A stretch of DNA of 64,000 nt, from IMG/VR virus record IMGVR_UViG_3300042259_000159. One strand, 5' to 3'. The DNA comes from a virus. The notes under the pieces are model-generated. The model saw nothing but the letters and a program-made list of their open reading frames with translations, was not told where the DNA came from and ran no database searches. A program made the position numbers and the translations under genes. Positions 9,428 through 18,064 of this stretch are shown piece by piece; position 1 is the first letter of the stretch, and each line of letters begins with the position of its first letter.

Positions 9428-9766
9428 TTAATATTCATAGTATTCGCGTAAAGCGTCGTTGTTCCATGCCGGCTCATACACAGGCTTGTCATGTGCTTCT
9501 GCGAGCTTGTGAAGCACGTCGACAATGAAGGAAACGCCATTCTTTGCTTTCTTCGGATTGTTCTTCAGCTGGGCTTCAGCCGCAAGTCTCCCTACCCACT
9601 TCACATATCGGTCAGAGTTGGAACACTTCGCCACACCATACTCCACCTCTCCACTAGGGAGAGAACGGTATGCCACCGTAGCTCCACCGAAAGGATGATA
9701 AGGGTAGAAGTCACCGTTACGGTTGATGTAGCTGCGGCGGTAGTGAAAGAACGACACTTTATCCAT
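9428..9766 (-). CDS. hypothetical protein, PFGGATV paralog family member 1
   Basis: Motif HPFGGATVAYR...YGVAKCSNSDRYVKWVGRLAA, shared with 9784..10050 and 28094..28573. Confidence 0.55.
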   Translation of the reverse strand: MDKVSFFHYRRSYINRNGDFYPYHPFGGATVAYRSLPSGEVEYGVAKCSNSDRYVKWVGRLAAEAQLKNNPKKAKNGVSFIVDVLHKLAEAHDKPVYEPAWNNDALREYYEY

Positions 9767-9783
9767 TTCTATTCTCCTTTGTC

Positions 9784-10050
9784 CTATTCCCAGCGACCAC
9801 GGTAGTCAGGTGTATTGTATGCTGCTCTTATGTACGCTACTATTCCATCGAACACGTCTTTTTTCATTGTTAAAGGGGCAGACAGAGCGTCTATGTATGC
9901 GAGGTTACGCCCGATGCGTTTCACATACTGTTCAGAGTTACAGCATCGGGCAAGGCCAAATGCTACAGCATCCCCTACCTTGCGGTAGAAAACAGTAGCG
10001 CCACCAAACGGATGAAGACGCAATTCACCTTTACGGCTTATGTAGGGCAT
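9784..10050 (-). CDS. hypothetical protein, PFGGATV paralog family member 2
   Basis: HPFGGATVFYR...FGLARCCNSEQYVKRIGRNLA. Confidence 0.55.
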   Translation of the reverse strand: MPYISRKGELRLHPFGGATVFYRKVGDAVAFGLARCCNSEQYVKRIGRNLAYIDALSAPLTMKKDVFDGIVAYIRAAYNTPDYRGRWE

Positions 10051-10069
10051 TGCTCCCTTCTCTTAATTG

Positions 10070-10312
10070 CTACAACACATCACACACACGAGTCCCATTG
10101 TTATAGTAGTATCGGTATTCCCGCACCTTAACAAGTTGTCCTTCCTTGTTAGGTGACATTACACCAATGGAAATGGAAGGAAATATTCCTAGCTCCAATT
10201 CATGCAATGCTACCTTATAAGCGGCGTCGAATGTTGAAAACAATTGGTATCGGTAGGTGTATACGGACATTACACTGTCTTCCAGAATAATTTCATTCCG
10301 CAGACTTTTCAT
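10070..10312 (-). CDS. hypothetical protein
   Basis: ORF track; GAGGAA RBS upstream of the ATG. Confidence 0.4.
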   Translation of the reverse strand: MKSLRNEIILEDSVMSVYTYRYQLFSTFDAAYKVALHELELGIFPSISIGVMSPNKEGQLVKVREYRYYYNNGTRVCDVL

Positions 10313-10428
10313 ATTATTTCCTCACTTTCTTTCATCAATCGATTTGCAATCCCACCGAATGATGATAGTAGCTTATGCTACCAACAAGGGAAGGGGCGAC
10401 GCATAGACGCATCACCCCTTCCCTTGCT

Positions 10429-10797
10429 TTAGAACACCATATCGAGAACCGCCGACACGGCTTTGTTTAGTGTATGGAATCTTGCTTCTTCTTCCATCCT
10501 ATCGCCCGTGATATTCACGAGCACAATGCTATCGAGGTGCGGAAGGAGGGTATAGTCCTCCTCGTTGATAGAAAAGAAAAGCCCTTCCTCGCTTTCATAT
10601 GCGGCGATAAGGCGCTTGGCTACGTCCTGTTTATCCTTCTCCAGCCGGAGACGCTTTACGGCCTCGCTGTTTTCAACGTAGTCATGGCAATCCGTTCCAC
10701 CTTTACGGGCAACGAACGCACCACCGCCACAAGTCAGGGGCTTTCCTTCACCCCACCGGCAAGTCTGGCAATATTGTGTGTTTTGCATAGCAGTCAC
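10429..10797 (-). CDS. hypothetical protein
   Basis: ORF track; Cys pair YCQTCRW near the N-terminus. Confidence 0.4.
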   Translation of the reverse strand: MTAMQNTQYCQTCRWGEGKPLTCGGGAFVARKGGTDCHDYVENSEAVKRLRLEKDKQDVAKRLIAAYESEEGLFFSINEEDYTLLPHLDSIVLVNITGDRMEEEARFHTLNKAVSAVLDMVF

Positions 10798-10866
10798 TAC
10801 TCCATTGGTTATGGTTCATCACATAATTGCAAGCCCTATTGCTAGGGCCTGCTATATGGGACGAAG

Positions 10867-11532
10867 CTAATCAAGGGAAATGCCGCAATCAAATGCGAGG
10901 CTTTTCACACGGTCGAGAAATTCTTTCATATTGTCCTCGGGAATGTATTGTCCCTCGGCCAGTTTTTTCAAGTCAGACTTGATTGCATTGACTGCTTTTC
11001 CCTTGTACGGTTTTTCAGGCTTGGCAGGATTAAAATCATACCATGACTGAGCCGCGAGGCGGGCTTTCACGCTCATGACATTAAAAGACTTGGCGATAAG
11101 CTTCCCTTTTTTGTACGGTTCGCCGTTCGGATCGAGAAGCGTTTCACCGTCCGCTTTCTCCTTCGCCGTTTCGAATTTCCCCTTTTTCATATTCCAGCGT
11201 ATAGCGGACGCGCTTGCGTCCAGAACCGGCTTGTTGTCCTTATCGTATTGTATGGGACCGTCGCAGAATACCCATAACATATAGTTTTGTACTGCCGTGA
11301 TGTTAATTGCCCGTGTGCCGCCGATACGTGTCATGAATTCGCTCATAAGGCGGCAACCTACTTCGCCGTCAGTATCTTCCGCCTTCGCCATTACAGCGTC
11401 GACGATAACCGCCTGGACGGCTTCGCGGAAGGACAATGCCATTGCCTCGATATCCGGCATGGCGGCTGCGAACCTTTCAGCATGCTGGCGGACAACAGGA
11501 TTACTAATCTTGCTTGCGTCGAAGTTGCTCAT
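10867..11532 (-). CDS. hypothetical protein
   Basis: ATG at 11532 preceded by GAGGT (MSNFDASK...); the track ORF extends to 11592. Confidence 0.5.
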   Translation of the reverse strand: MSNFDASKISNPVVRQHAERFAAAMPDIEAMALSFREAVQAVIVDAVMAKAEDTDGEVGCRLMSEFMTRIGGTRAINITAVQNYMLWVFCDGPIQYDKDNKPVLDASASAIRWNMKKGKFETAKEKADGETLLDPNGEPYKKGKLIAKSFNVMSVKARLAAQSWYDFNPAKPEKPYKGKAVNAIKSDLKKLAEGQYIPEDNMKEFLDRVKSLAFDCGISLD

Positions 11533-11868
11533 GGTCTTTACCTCACTTACGTTATTTGTTTGTGGTATGAATGAACAAGCCACCTTGCGCATTCAAGCCC
11601 ACAAACAAACAAAACCTTGCTAGGGCTTGTTTGTCTATGGCGCACAAAGCGTCTATCCTACTTTTCGCCATAGTCCATGATGCGCGTTCCCCGATAGCCT
11701 AGGAATAATTTGTCCTTTCTAAGCGAAGAAATACGCGGAACCATGCTACTTTTCGAATATCCGCTTTGCTTTTCGGAGCGGTGGCCCGCTGCAACCACTT
11801 AAGGAGTCTAGACCACGTCACGCCGCTGAATTCTATCAACGGTCTGCGATGTAAGACGGTACGGAACC

Positions 11869-11897
11869 TATATAGGACGGTTACCTATCGGTGTCAA
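11869..11897 (-). promoter_or_regulatory. sigma70-type promoter (TTGACA-N17-TATATA)
   Basis: Minus strand reads ccggTTGACAccgataggtaaccgtccTATATAgg, about 330 nt upstream of 10867..11532. Confidence 0.5.
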
Positions 11898-12502
11898 CCG
11901 GTTTTTTCGTCCGCTTGCCGTACCGTGCCGGTATGCCGCTGATATAGCATACGCCGTGCCAACGTGTGCAACATGTTGAAATATCAGCACTATTTTTTGT
12001 GCCCTGAAACGCTATGCCCTAACCGCTTTATGTAAACCGTTGAAATGACTAGCTTTTCATATAATGCCGGTTAAAAATTTTGTACCGCTTTTCTGCTAGT
12101 GAATGAAAACTATGGCAATGCCGTAATGTAAGCGCCTGATATAATTGGCGGTTTAAAAAATTATACCATTTCAGGCAAAAGTATAAAAAATTGAACCGAC
12201 CATTTTCTTGTATAATGAGACGCGATTGCAATTATTATGCCAAACTGAATGGAACGCCTTGTGCTTATGCAATTGCCATGCCAATTGATATGGCACAATA
12301 AGTGCATAAGCAAGCATTGTGCCAACAAAGTTATCAGCCAGTTTAGCATGAAGCGTGCCATAATGTCATAAGTGAATGATAGCAGCATGATAGCATGGTT
12401 CAGCAATCTGAATATAGAATGTTATGTCTCGTTTATTGATCATTGCATATAAGCAAAATGATCAATAAGAGAGACAATATTATATAATAAGTATATACTT
12501 GT

Positions 12503-12527
12503 GTCGAGCGTAAGCGAGACGATATAA
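12503..12527 (+). repeat. direct repeat GTCGAGCGTA(A)GCGAGACGATATAA, copy 1
   Basis: Second copy at 12821..12844 differs by a 1-nt indel. Confidence 0.8.
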
Positions 12528-12618
12528 TACTATATAGAATACACGTAAGTGCCCATAATGATTGGACTATAGGTGAATGAGTAGTTGAAACATGATAGCA
12601 GTAGGGTAATGACCTATA

Positions 12619-12668
12619 TATGCCGTAGGCGATATAGGATACCAGATAAATATGCCGTAGGCGATATA
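12619..12668 (+). repeat. tandem pair of TATGCCGTAGGCGATATA (18 bp, 14-bp spacer)
   Basis: Identical 18-mers at 12619..12636 and 12651..12668. Confidence 0.85.
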
Positions 12669-12820
12669 ATATTCCCTAACCGATATAGATTTACAGGGGG
12701 GTAGTAGGGGGTGAGGGGGTGTCCTTTTGGATGCACTACCCCTTAAAAATTTCTCATAGAAATTATCGCCCCAGCCAAAAATATTTTCTCCAATTCCCCC
12801 GCACATTTACACACAAATAT

Positions 12821-12844
12821 GTCGAGCGTAGCGAGACGATATAA
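12821..12844 (+). repeat. direct repeat GTCGAGCGTAGCGAGACGATATAA, copy 2
   Basis: See 12503..12527. Confidence 0.8.
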
Positions 12845-13057
12845 AAATATTTTGTCACACTTTTGATTTTCTTACGTATATACATATAGGGGGATAAGGG
12901 GGGAAGAGGAATAAGTATTATAACGAAAGAAGAAGAAGAAGAAATAAGATGGTAGATATATAAAGGGGAGGGCTCTGCTAAGAAAGCAGCCCTCCCCTTA
13001 TAAGAAATAGATGAGGAAGAGAGAGGCTAACATAACAAAGGAAAAGTAGGAGAGAAG

Positions 13058-14956
13058 ATGGCTAAGATAAACATTCCTAATATTTCTTCTCCTTATGCGT
13101 CTCAGAATGCTTTGAATGAAAGATTCAAGATGATTGAGGACGTATTGAATGACAAGGTGTTGTGGAGAGACAACCCTATCGGAGAAGTGAACACGTTAAA
13201 GAATGACATAGACCTAGGCAACAACGACCTGCTTAATGTAGGCTTAGTTAGTGCTTCGTCTATTATGGTGCAGGGGCAGGGGCTAGAAGAAGGCATTACA
13301 GAAGCCTTGTCTCGTTGTACTGAAAAGGCTGACGAGGCTGAGGCTTCTGCTAATGCAGCTGCTGCTAATGCAGCCAGTGCTGAGGCTTCTGCTATTAGGG
13401 CGGAGGCTGCTGCGTCTCAAGTTGACCTGCCTGCCGTCTCCCCCGGAGATGAGGGGAAAGTTCTTACAGTTTCTCCTTCGTTAGAGAAGGAGTGGGCAGA
13501 GGTGCCTGAGGAGCTCCCTCCTTACAGCGTTGCAGACGAAGGGAAGGTTCTTAAGGTTTCTTCGTTGGGGGAGACAGAGTGGGGGATGGAAGAGAAAGAG
13601 CTTCCTTCCTACACACCGTTGGATGCTGGAAAGACCCTGTCTGTTAACGAAACAGGAAACGCAGTAGAGTGGACAGAGCCTCCTAAAGGGAGTGTTAATA
13701 TTGCTCCACAAACGATAGTGAGGGCTCAAGTGGGTCCTCGTCCCGACGGCTGGACGGCTGCTGACTGTGACGCCCCCGTGCAGAGTATGTCTGCGGAAAG
13801 CGCAGTCATCGTGAATAACGATGTACTCCCGGTGTTCTCTAGCTCTAACAGCAGCGGTGGGATGACGGTGTCAGCGCAGTCCATTTACAGTAGCACCTAC
13901 CCTGTATGGAAAGCGTTCAACAAGCAGGCCGTGAATTATACGGATAGTTGGCAATCAGGAAATGACTTCGCAAGTGACACCGGAGTTGGTAGCAGTTGGA
14001 TTCAAGTTGACATGGGCAGTCAGTTCAATGTGGCGCGTATCGTCCTGTATCCTCGAAATGAAGACGGGACGTTCAACACAAATTTCCCGTATGACTTCGA
14101 TATTGTCATAGACGGCGTGAAGGTGAAAGAGGTCAGAAATGCTATCCCGCCAAGCAGCACTGCGCGAATGGAGTTCGACCTAGATTCTCCGGTAACTGGG
14201 CAGATAGTCCGGTTGGACATTACGAGGACAGGCGGGGCCAGTGTGACTTCACTAGGCCAGTTTTATGTCTATGATGCGGAGGTAGTAAGTGGGAGCGCTC
14301 TTGTACAGATAGCCGCAGGGCTTCAAGTCGCTTACGCAGATGAGGGCAGGGTACAGTTGTCTGATGTTTTAGATTCAGCACATGCAGTTGACCTGTCGGC
14401 AGCGGCGGACGGGACGAGCTACATTTACGCGGATCTCTCGGAGGATGGGGCTTTCTCCGGTTTCGGTGCGACTGCCGTTGCGCCTGAGGTCGGGGCGGAA
14501 AAGGCCGACACATTGGCCGACCACTTCAACCCCGCAGAGGTTGTAATGTACAACGTCGCGGGTTCACCAGTCCGCCGCGTCTACATCGGCACGGCTGAAA
14601 AAGCGTCCGGAGCGATTACGAGTGTTCACTGCTATAGCCTTGGAACAGTAGTCACTATGCCCATAAACAGCGGCAACCCTGTGGCTACGCAGTCCCTTGT
14701 TCTTGATGAACTTCCTTATGCCTACAGCAGGATGATGCAGGTTGAACCGCAGTTGTACGGTGAAGGCATATGGGGCAAAGCTGGATGGATTTATACGTCT
14801 GCTGGCCTCGGTGTGTCGGCCACCGTGCGAAAAGAGGCAATCCGTGTTGTGACAGGCACTGGTCTTACTGCACAGTATGCGTCTATTGGTGGTGACTTTA
14901 ATGCAAACATACCGAGTCCGGCAAAAATCCGCGTCACGGTGCACAGGGGGTACTAA
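13058..14956 (+). CDS. tail fibre / receptor-binding protein with discoidin (F5/8 type C)-like domain
   Basis: The N-terminus (NERFKMIEDVLNDKVLWRD...DIDLGNNDLLNVG) is typical of tail fibre or spike adaptors. Three tandem (D/A)EGKVL.VS...EW repeats. SWIQVDMGSQFNVARIVLYPR resembles a carbohydrate-binding discoidin fold. Confidence 0.6.
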   Translation: MAKINIPNISSPYASQNALNERFKMIEDVLNDKVLWRDNPIGEVNTLKNDIDLGNNDLLNVGLVSASSIMVQGQGLEEGITEALSRCTEKADEAEASANAAAANAASAEASAIRAEAAASQVDLPAVSPGDEGKVLTVSPSLEKEWAEVPEELPPYSVADEGKVLKVSSLGETEWGMEEKELPSYTPLDAGKTLSVNETGNAVEWTEPPKGSVNIAPQTIVRAQVGPRPDGWTAADCDAPVQSMSAESAVIVNNDVLPVFSSSNSSGGMTVSAQSIYSSTYPVWKAFNKQAVNYTDSWQSGNDFASDTGVGSSWIQVDMGSQFNVARIVLYPRNEDGTFNTNFPYDFDIVIDGVKVKEVRNAIPPSSTARMEFDLDSPVTGQIVRLDITRTGGASVTSLGQFYVYDAEVVSGSALVQIAAGLQVAYADEGRVQLSDVLDSAHAVDLSAAADGTSYIYADLSEDGAFSGFGATAVAPEVGAEKADTLADHFNPAEVVMYNVAGSPVRRVYIGTAEKASGAITSVHCYSLGTVVTMPINSGNPVATQSLVLDELPYAYSRMMQVEPQLYGEGIWGKAGWIYTSAGLGVSATVRKEAIRVVTGTGLTAQYASIGGDFNANIPSPAKIRVTVHRGY

Positions 14957-15306
14957 TGGCAATTTACGCAAAAGTAGGCGAGAGCGTGCAATATGTAATG
15001 ACAGAGGCTCAGGCACGGAAAATGCCTGACTTGGTTTTGATGTCAGGGGAGAGACCCTCCCTAGGACATATTGCTCAAGCAGATGGAACATGGTTGGGTC
15101 CAGACAGCATACAAAAACAAATAGAAGCCATCGAAAAAAAGTATAAGACAAAAGAAGATGCTATAAAAGAACGCCTCCTGAATATACGATTATCTGATGG
15201 AACTTCAGAAGAGGCAAGAACCCTTGAAATACAAACGGCGTGGGCAGGAATACAGGCTGCAAAAACACAGGAAATAGAAACAATTTTACTAGGAGGTTTA
15301 GAGTAG
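14956..15306 (+). CDS. hypothetical protein (possible tail-fibre chaperone)
   Basis: Start overlaps the tail-fibre stop (TAATG). The function is inferred from position only. Confidence 0.4.
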   Translation: MAIYAKVGESVQYVMTEAQARKMPDLVLMSGERPSLGHIAQADGTWLGPDSIQKQIEAIEKKYKTKEDAIKERLLNIRLSDGTSEEARTLEIQTAWAGIQAAKTQEIETILLGGLE

Positions 15307-15461
15307 TGCCTACACTTCATTGTTCGGCTTGTGATAGTAAGAATCTTACACAGGAAGGCTTACCAGCTTCAGCCATCAAGTATGGCTATTATAGGTGTTT
15401 AGATTGCGGAAACCTCGTAAGACCTATTGTTATGCCAGACCTTGTAAACGAACCACTATAG
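15306..15461 (+). CDS. small Zn-ribbon protein
   Basis: GTG start overlapping the upstream stop; CSAC...CLDC pairs. Confidence 0.35.
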   Translation: MPTLHCSACDSKNLTQEGLPASAIKYGYYRCLDCGNLVRPIVMPDLVNEPL

Positions 15462-15470
15462 GGGGTAATT

Positions 15471-15752
15471 ATGTCTCTTGGTTACGTTCCACTACGTGCA
15501 GGAGACAGCAGTGATTGGTTGGGGAGAGATATTGTTATTAATATCTCTTCCTCATTAGACCTCACTGGCTGGTCTGCAAAGTTCAAATTGCAAGAAGTCA
15601 CTAAAGACTTCCCTGATATTTCTTCTAAACAAATATCTATTGCACTAACAAAGGAGGATACCTCCGGCCTTACTAAGGGCTTCCATTACGGGTATCTTAA
15701 AATATATGACAATGATGGTGGAAGCATAAAATCAGTTGGAGGGTTTATCTAG
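15471..15752 (+). CDS. hypothetical protein
   Basis: ORF track. Confidence 0.45.
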   Translation: MSLGYVPLRAGDSSDWLGRDIVINISSSLDLTGWSAKFKLQEVTKDFPDISSKQISIALTKEDTSGLTKGFHYGYLKIYDNDGGSIKSVGGFI

Positions 15753-15964
15753 TGTTAGATTCTATTTTGAGGCTCTTGCTGCTTCTTGTCGATTTAATTA
15801 AAACATCTGTGAGGAAGCAGGAGGTAGAGAATGTTAAAAAAGAATATAAGGATATTAGTTCTGATAGTAGTGATGAGTGGTCTTCTTGTTTCGGGGTGTC
15901 TATCGACAGGAAGCCAACAAAGCATGATAAAGAGCCTGCCTCCAAAACCAGTTCTGGAAAATAG
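15752..15964 (+). CDS. putative i-spanin (Rz-like)
   Basis: GTG start, N-terminal hydrophobic ILRLLLLLVDLI, charged remainder. Overlaps the lipoprotein ORF in another frame. Confidence 0.4.
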   Translation: MLDSILRLLLLLVDLIKTSVRKQEVENVKKEYKDISSDSSDEWSSCFGVSIDRKPTKHDKEPASKTSSGK

Positions 15965-16064
15965 TTGGATAGATGAAGAGGGAACGCTTCATATCCCAAA
16001 AGGAGATAAAGAAGAACTAATGCTCTATATAAAACAACTTGAAAATATATGTTCAGGATATTGA
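15831..16064 (+). CDS. putative o-spanin (Rz1-like lipoprotein)
   Basis: Signal peptide plus lipobox LLVSGC. Starts inside 15752..15964 in the +1 frame and extends beyond it (overlapped spanin architecture). Confidence 0.55.
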   Translation: MLKKNIRILVLIVVMSGLLVSGCLSTGSQQSMIKSLPPKPVLENSWIDEEGTLHIPKGDKEELMLYIKQLENICSGY

Positions 16065-16069
16065 CTTTC

Positions 16070-16240
16070 GGTGGTAAAATGATTATCTTATAGGTAACAC
16101 ACCATAAGCCGGTCTATTTAACATAGAAACAAAAACTCTTGGAACAAGAGGGTTAGCTCGGTCCGTTTTCGTTGGCTAGTAAAAGCAACGATAAGCCGAG
16201 AAGCCCCCCACTTCAATTAGACCGCAAGGTCAATAAGTGG
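16070..16240 (+). ncRNA. candidate structured RNA (unclassified)
   Basis: Nested hairpins: CTCTTggaacAAGAG; GCTCGG...[CGTTGgctagtaaaaGCAACG]...CCGAG; CCACTTcaattaGACCgcaaGGTCaataAGTGG with a GNRA loop. No convincing ORF. Confidence 0.3.
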
Positions 16241-16489
16241 TGGGCAGTTCACAAAATTCCTATACAACACGTCACAACCCTACAACACACCATACAAGAG
16301 AATGCTTGCAAGACATGGCAAACTTCTGTCATGTAAACATGTATACATATGACAGGAATTTGAACCAGTGGCGAAGCATGGGTTTTCAGGAAATGCAGCA
16401 AATAATGATGGGGAATGGTATACCACAAAGTATGATACAATCCCTTATGTACGGAACAAGAATTTAAAACCCCCTAGGAGGACAACACA

Positions 16490-16711
16490 ATGGAAGCAAT
16501 TATTACATATCTGGTAGCTAATGGAGGAACAATCCTCGCTGCCCTATCCGCCATTATTGGTGGATTTTCTATTATAGCAACGCTAACACCGAACCAAACA
16601 GATAACAAGGTTATTAATGCTTTATTGAAGGTTATTAACTTTCTTGCTGCTAACTTCGGTAATGCTAAAAATGACCCGAATGTTGGAGTTATAAAAAAGA
16701 GCGAAAAATGA
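16490..16711 (+). CDS. small membrane protein (holin candidate)
   Basis: 73 aa; hydrophobic AIITYLVANGGTILAALSAIIGGFSIIATL with a charged C-terminus; followed by a hairpin terminator. Confidence 0.4.
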   Translation: MEAIITYLVANGGTILAALSAIIGGFSIIATLTPNQTDNKVINALLKVINFLAANFGNAKNDPNVGVIKKSEK

Positions 16712-16737
16712 CGCTCATATTTAGGCTGTGAGCGTTT
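16712..16737 (+). terminator. rho-independent terminator
   Basis: CGCTCAtatttaggctgTGAGCG followed by TTT. Confidence 0.5.
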
Positions 16738-16953
16738 CTAATATCAACACAACCCTTACATCATAATACTGGAAAAAGTGTCTGATAAGGCATGTTCTGT
16801 TAAAAAGAGCCTGCATACGGCCCATAGTGTGTGGGCATACACATAGTGTATATGCACACATTTGTGTGCACATCTTTCCGGTTGTGTTGTATGGGTGTTG
16901 CTATTTCTTGGTAGAAACGGCGAGAGGCGGTAAGGTTTCCCTACCGCCTCTTT

Positions 16954-17502
16954 TCATATCATGCTTGTATCTTTTATAAACCGCCAAGTATATCCAGCAC
17001 TTTTACCCTTTTTGTTTTTGCAGCACTTGGTTATACCCGACCCACTCTTAAGCCCTACCGCTTTTGCAGCCTCCTTATCATCACTAAATATTTTTCCTGT
17101 CTCTAGACATACAATAAACTCCCCCCTTCTCCTCCTTCCATGTATGGTTCTCTGTCTGCGTTGTTCAGCGGTAACAGATTTATGACACGCTTTGCAAAGA
17201 ACCCTTAATTTGCTCTCATCACAAAACATCCTCTCCATTACCTCAGACCAATCCATTTCATAAATAGTCTTCTCAAGAGGTATTACAGGGACAATATGGT
17301 CTACCTCAACACCGGATGCTCCATAGGGCTTTCCACATATACTGCAAATAAAGACCCTCCCCCCTCTCGGTCCACGAAGTGTTGGATGTGTGGCCTTATT
17401 CAGCACATTGCGTACAATGGGCGAGCGCGAAAAAGTTCTCCGCATACAAGACATGATGGCATTGTGTGGTTTCCATGTTTTTTTATCCTTCTTCGTTTTC
17501 AT
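16954..17502 (-). CDS. HNH homing endonuclease with C-terminal NUMOD-like DNA-binding module
   Basis: CSICG...VEVDHIVPV...LRVLCKACH (HNH), and C-terminal GKIFSDDKEAAKAVGLKSGSGITKCCKNKKGKSAGYTWRF. Confidence 0.8.
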   Translation of the reverse strand: MKTKKDKKTWKPHNAIMSCMRRTFSRSPIVRNVLNKATHPTLRGPRGGRVFICSICGKPYGASGVEVDHIVPVIPLEKTIYEMDWSEVMERMFCDESKLRVLCKACHKSVTAEQRRQRTIHGRRRRGEFIVCLETGKIFSDDKEAAKAVGLKSGSGITKCCKNKKGKSAGYTWRFIKDTSMI

Positions 17503-18064
17503 ATATCTCCATAAAACTCTTTACCACCTCCAAACTGTCATAAGGGTAGAAGTTTCTACCAAACATTTTTACAGAGATGTTATACGGTTTTCTAGGCATC
17601 ATTATTCTTATCCTAGAATCATCAAACATCTGAACTGTGTGTGGATGGTCATCAACAAAGACAAGGACATTATTCTCTTCACAAAAAGGGTGTTTCTCAT
17701 CCCAGTCACGGTTGAATATTCTAAAAACAATATCATCGCCGTATATCTGGTGTAACATACCCTGTGTGTCTGCGTTTGTTTCTCTTTTACGTGCAGTGAG
17801 AATATCAACACTACCAAAAAGTTTCATGCTTTTACCAACCACATTAACAGAATAATCAACAGGTTTGCTGTGTTCCGCATACTTAAAAACATAGTCACAA
17901 AGAAGAGAATGTGTCTCCTTCTCACTCATATTTCCAACAGTTTTAATATACTCATTTCCTGTAGTATGAATACCATGCTCCATCTTTAGTCCATAAACAA
18001 TACATGGAAAGGTTTCAACAAGGGTATTATCAAGATCAAAAACAAAAGGGTTTAGTGCCTTCAT
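17483..18064 (-). CDS. HAD-family 5'(3')-deoxyribonucleotidase-like phosphatase
   Basis: Motif I FVFDLDNTLVET; later VLVFVDDHPH. Confidence 0.55.
   Translation of the reverse strand: MKALNPFVFDLDNTLVETFPCIVYGLKMEHGIHTTGNEYIKTVGNMSEKETHSLLCDYVFKYAEHSKPVDYSVNVVGKSMKLFGSVDILTARKRETNADTQGMLHQIYGDDIVFRIFNRDWDEKHPFCEENNVLVFVDDHPHTVQMFDDSRIRIMMPRKPYNISVKMFGRNFYPYDSLEVVKSFMEIYENEEG

Noticed and set aside
12049-12806. ORFs 12049..12231-, 12161..12406- and 12567..12806- in the 11.6-13 kb gap, and 39836..40195+ / 39925..40143- in the 38.8-40.2 kb gap.
   Set aside because: They sit in AT-rich or repeat DNA, have no RBS, and their peptides are dominated by the translated repeats.
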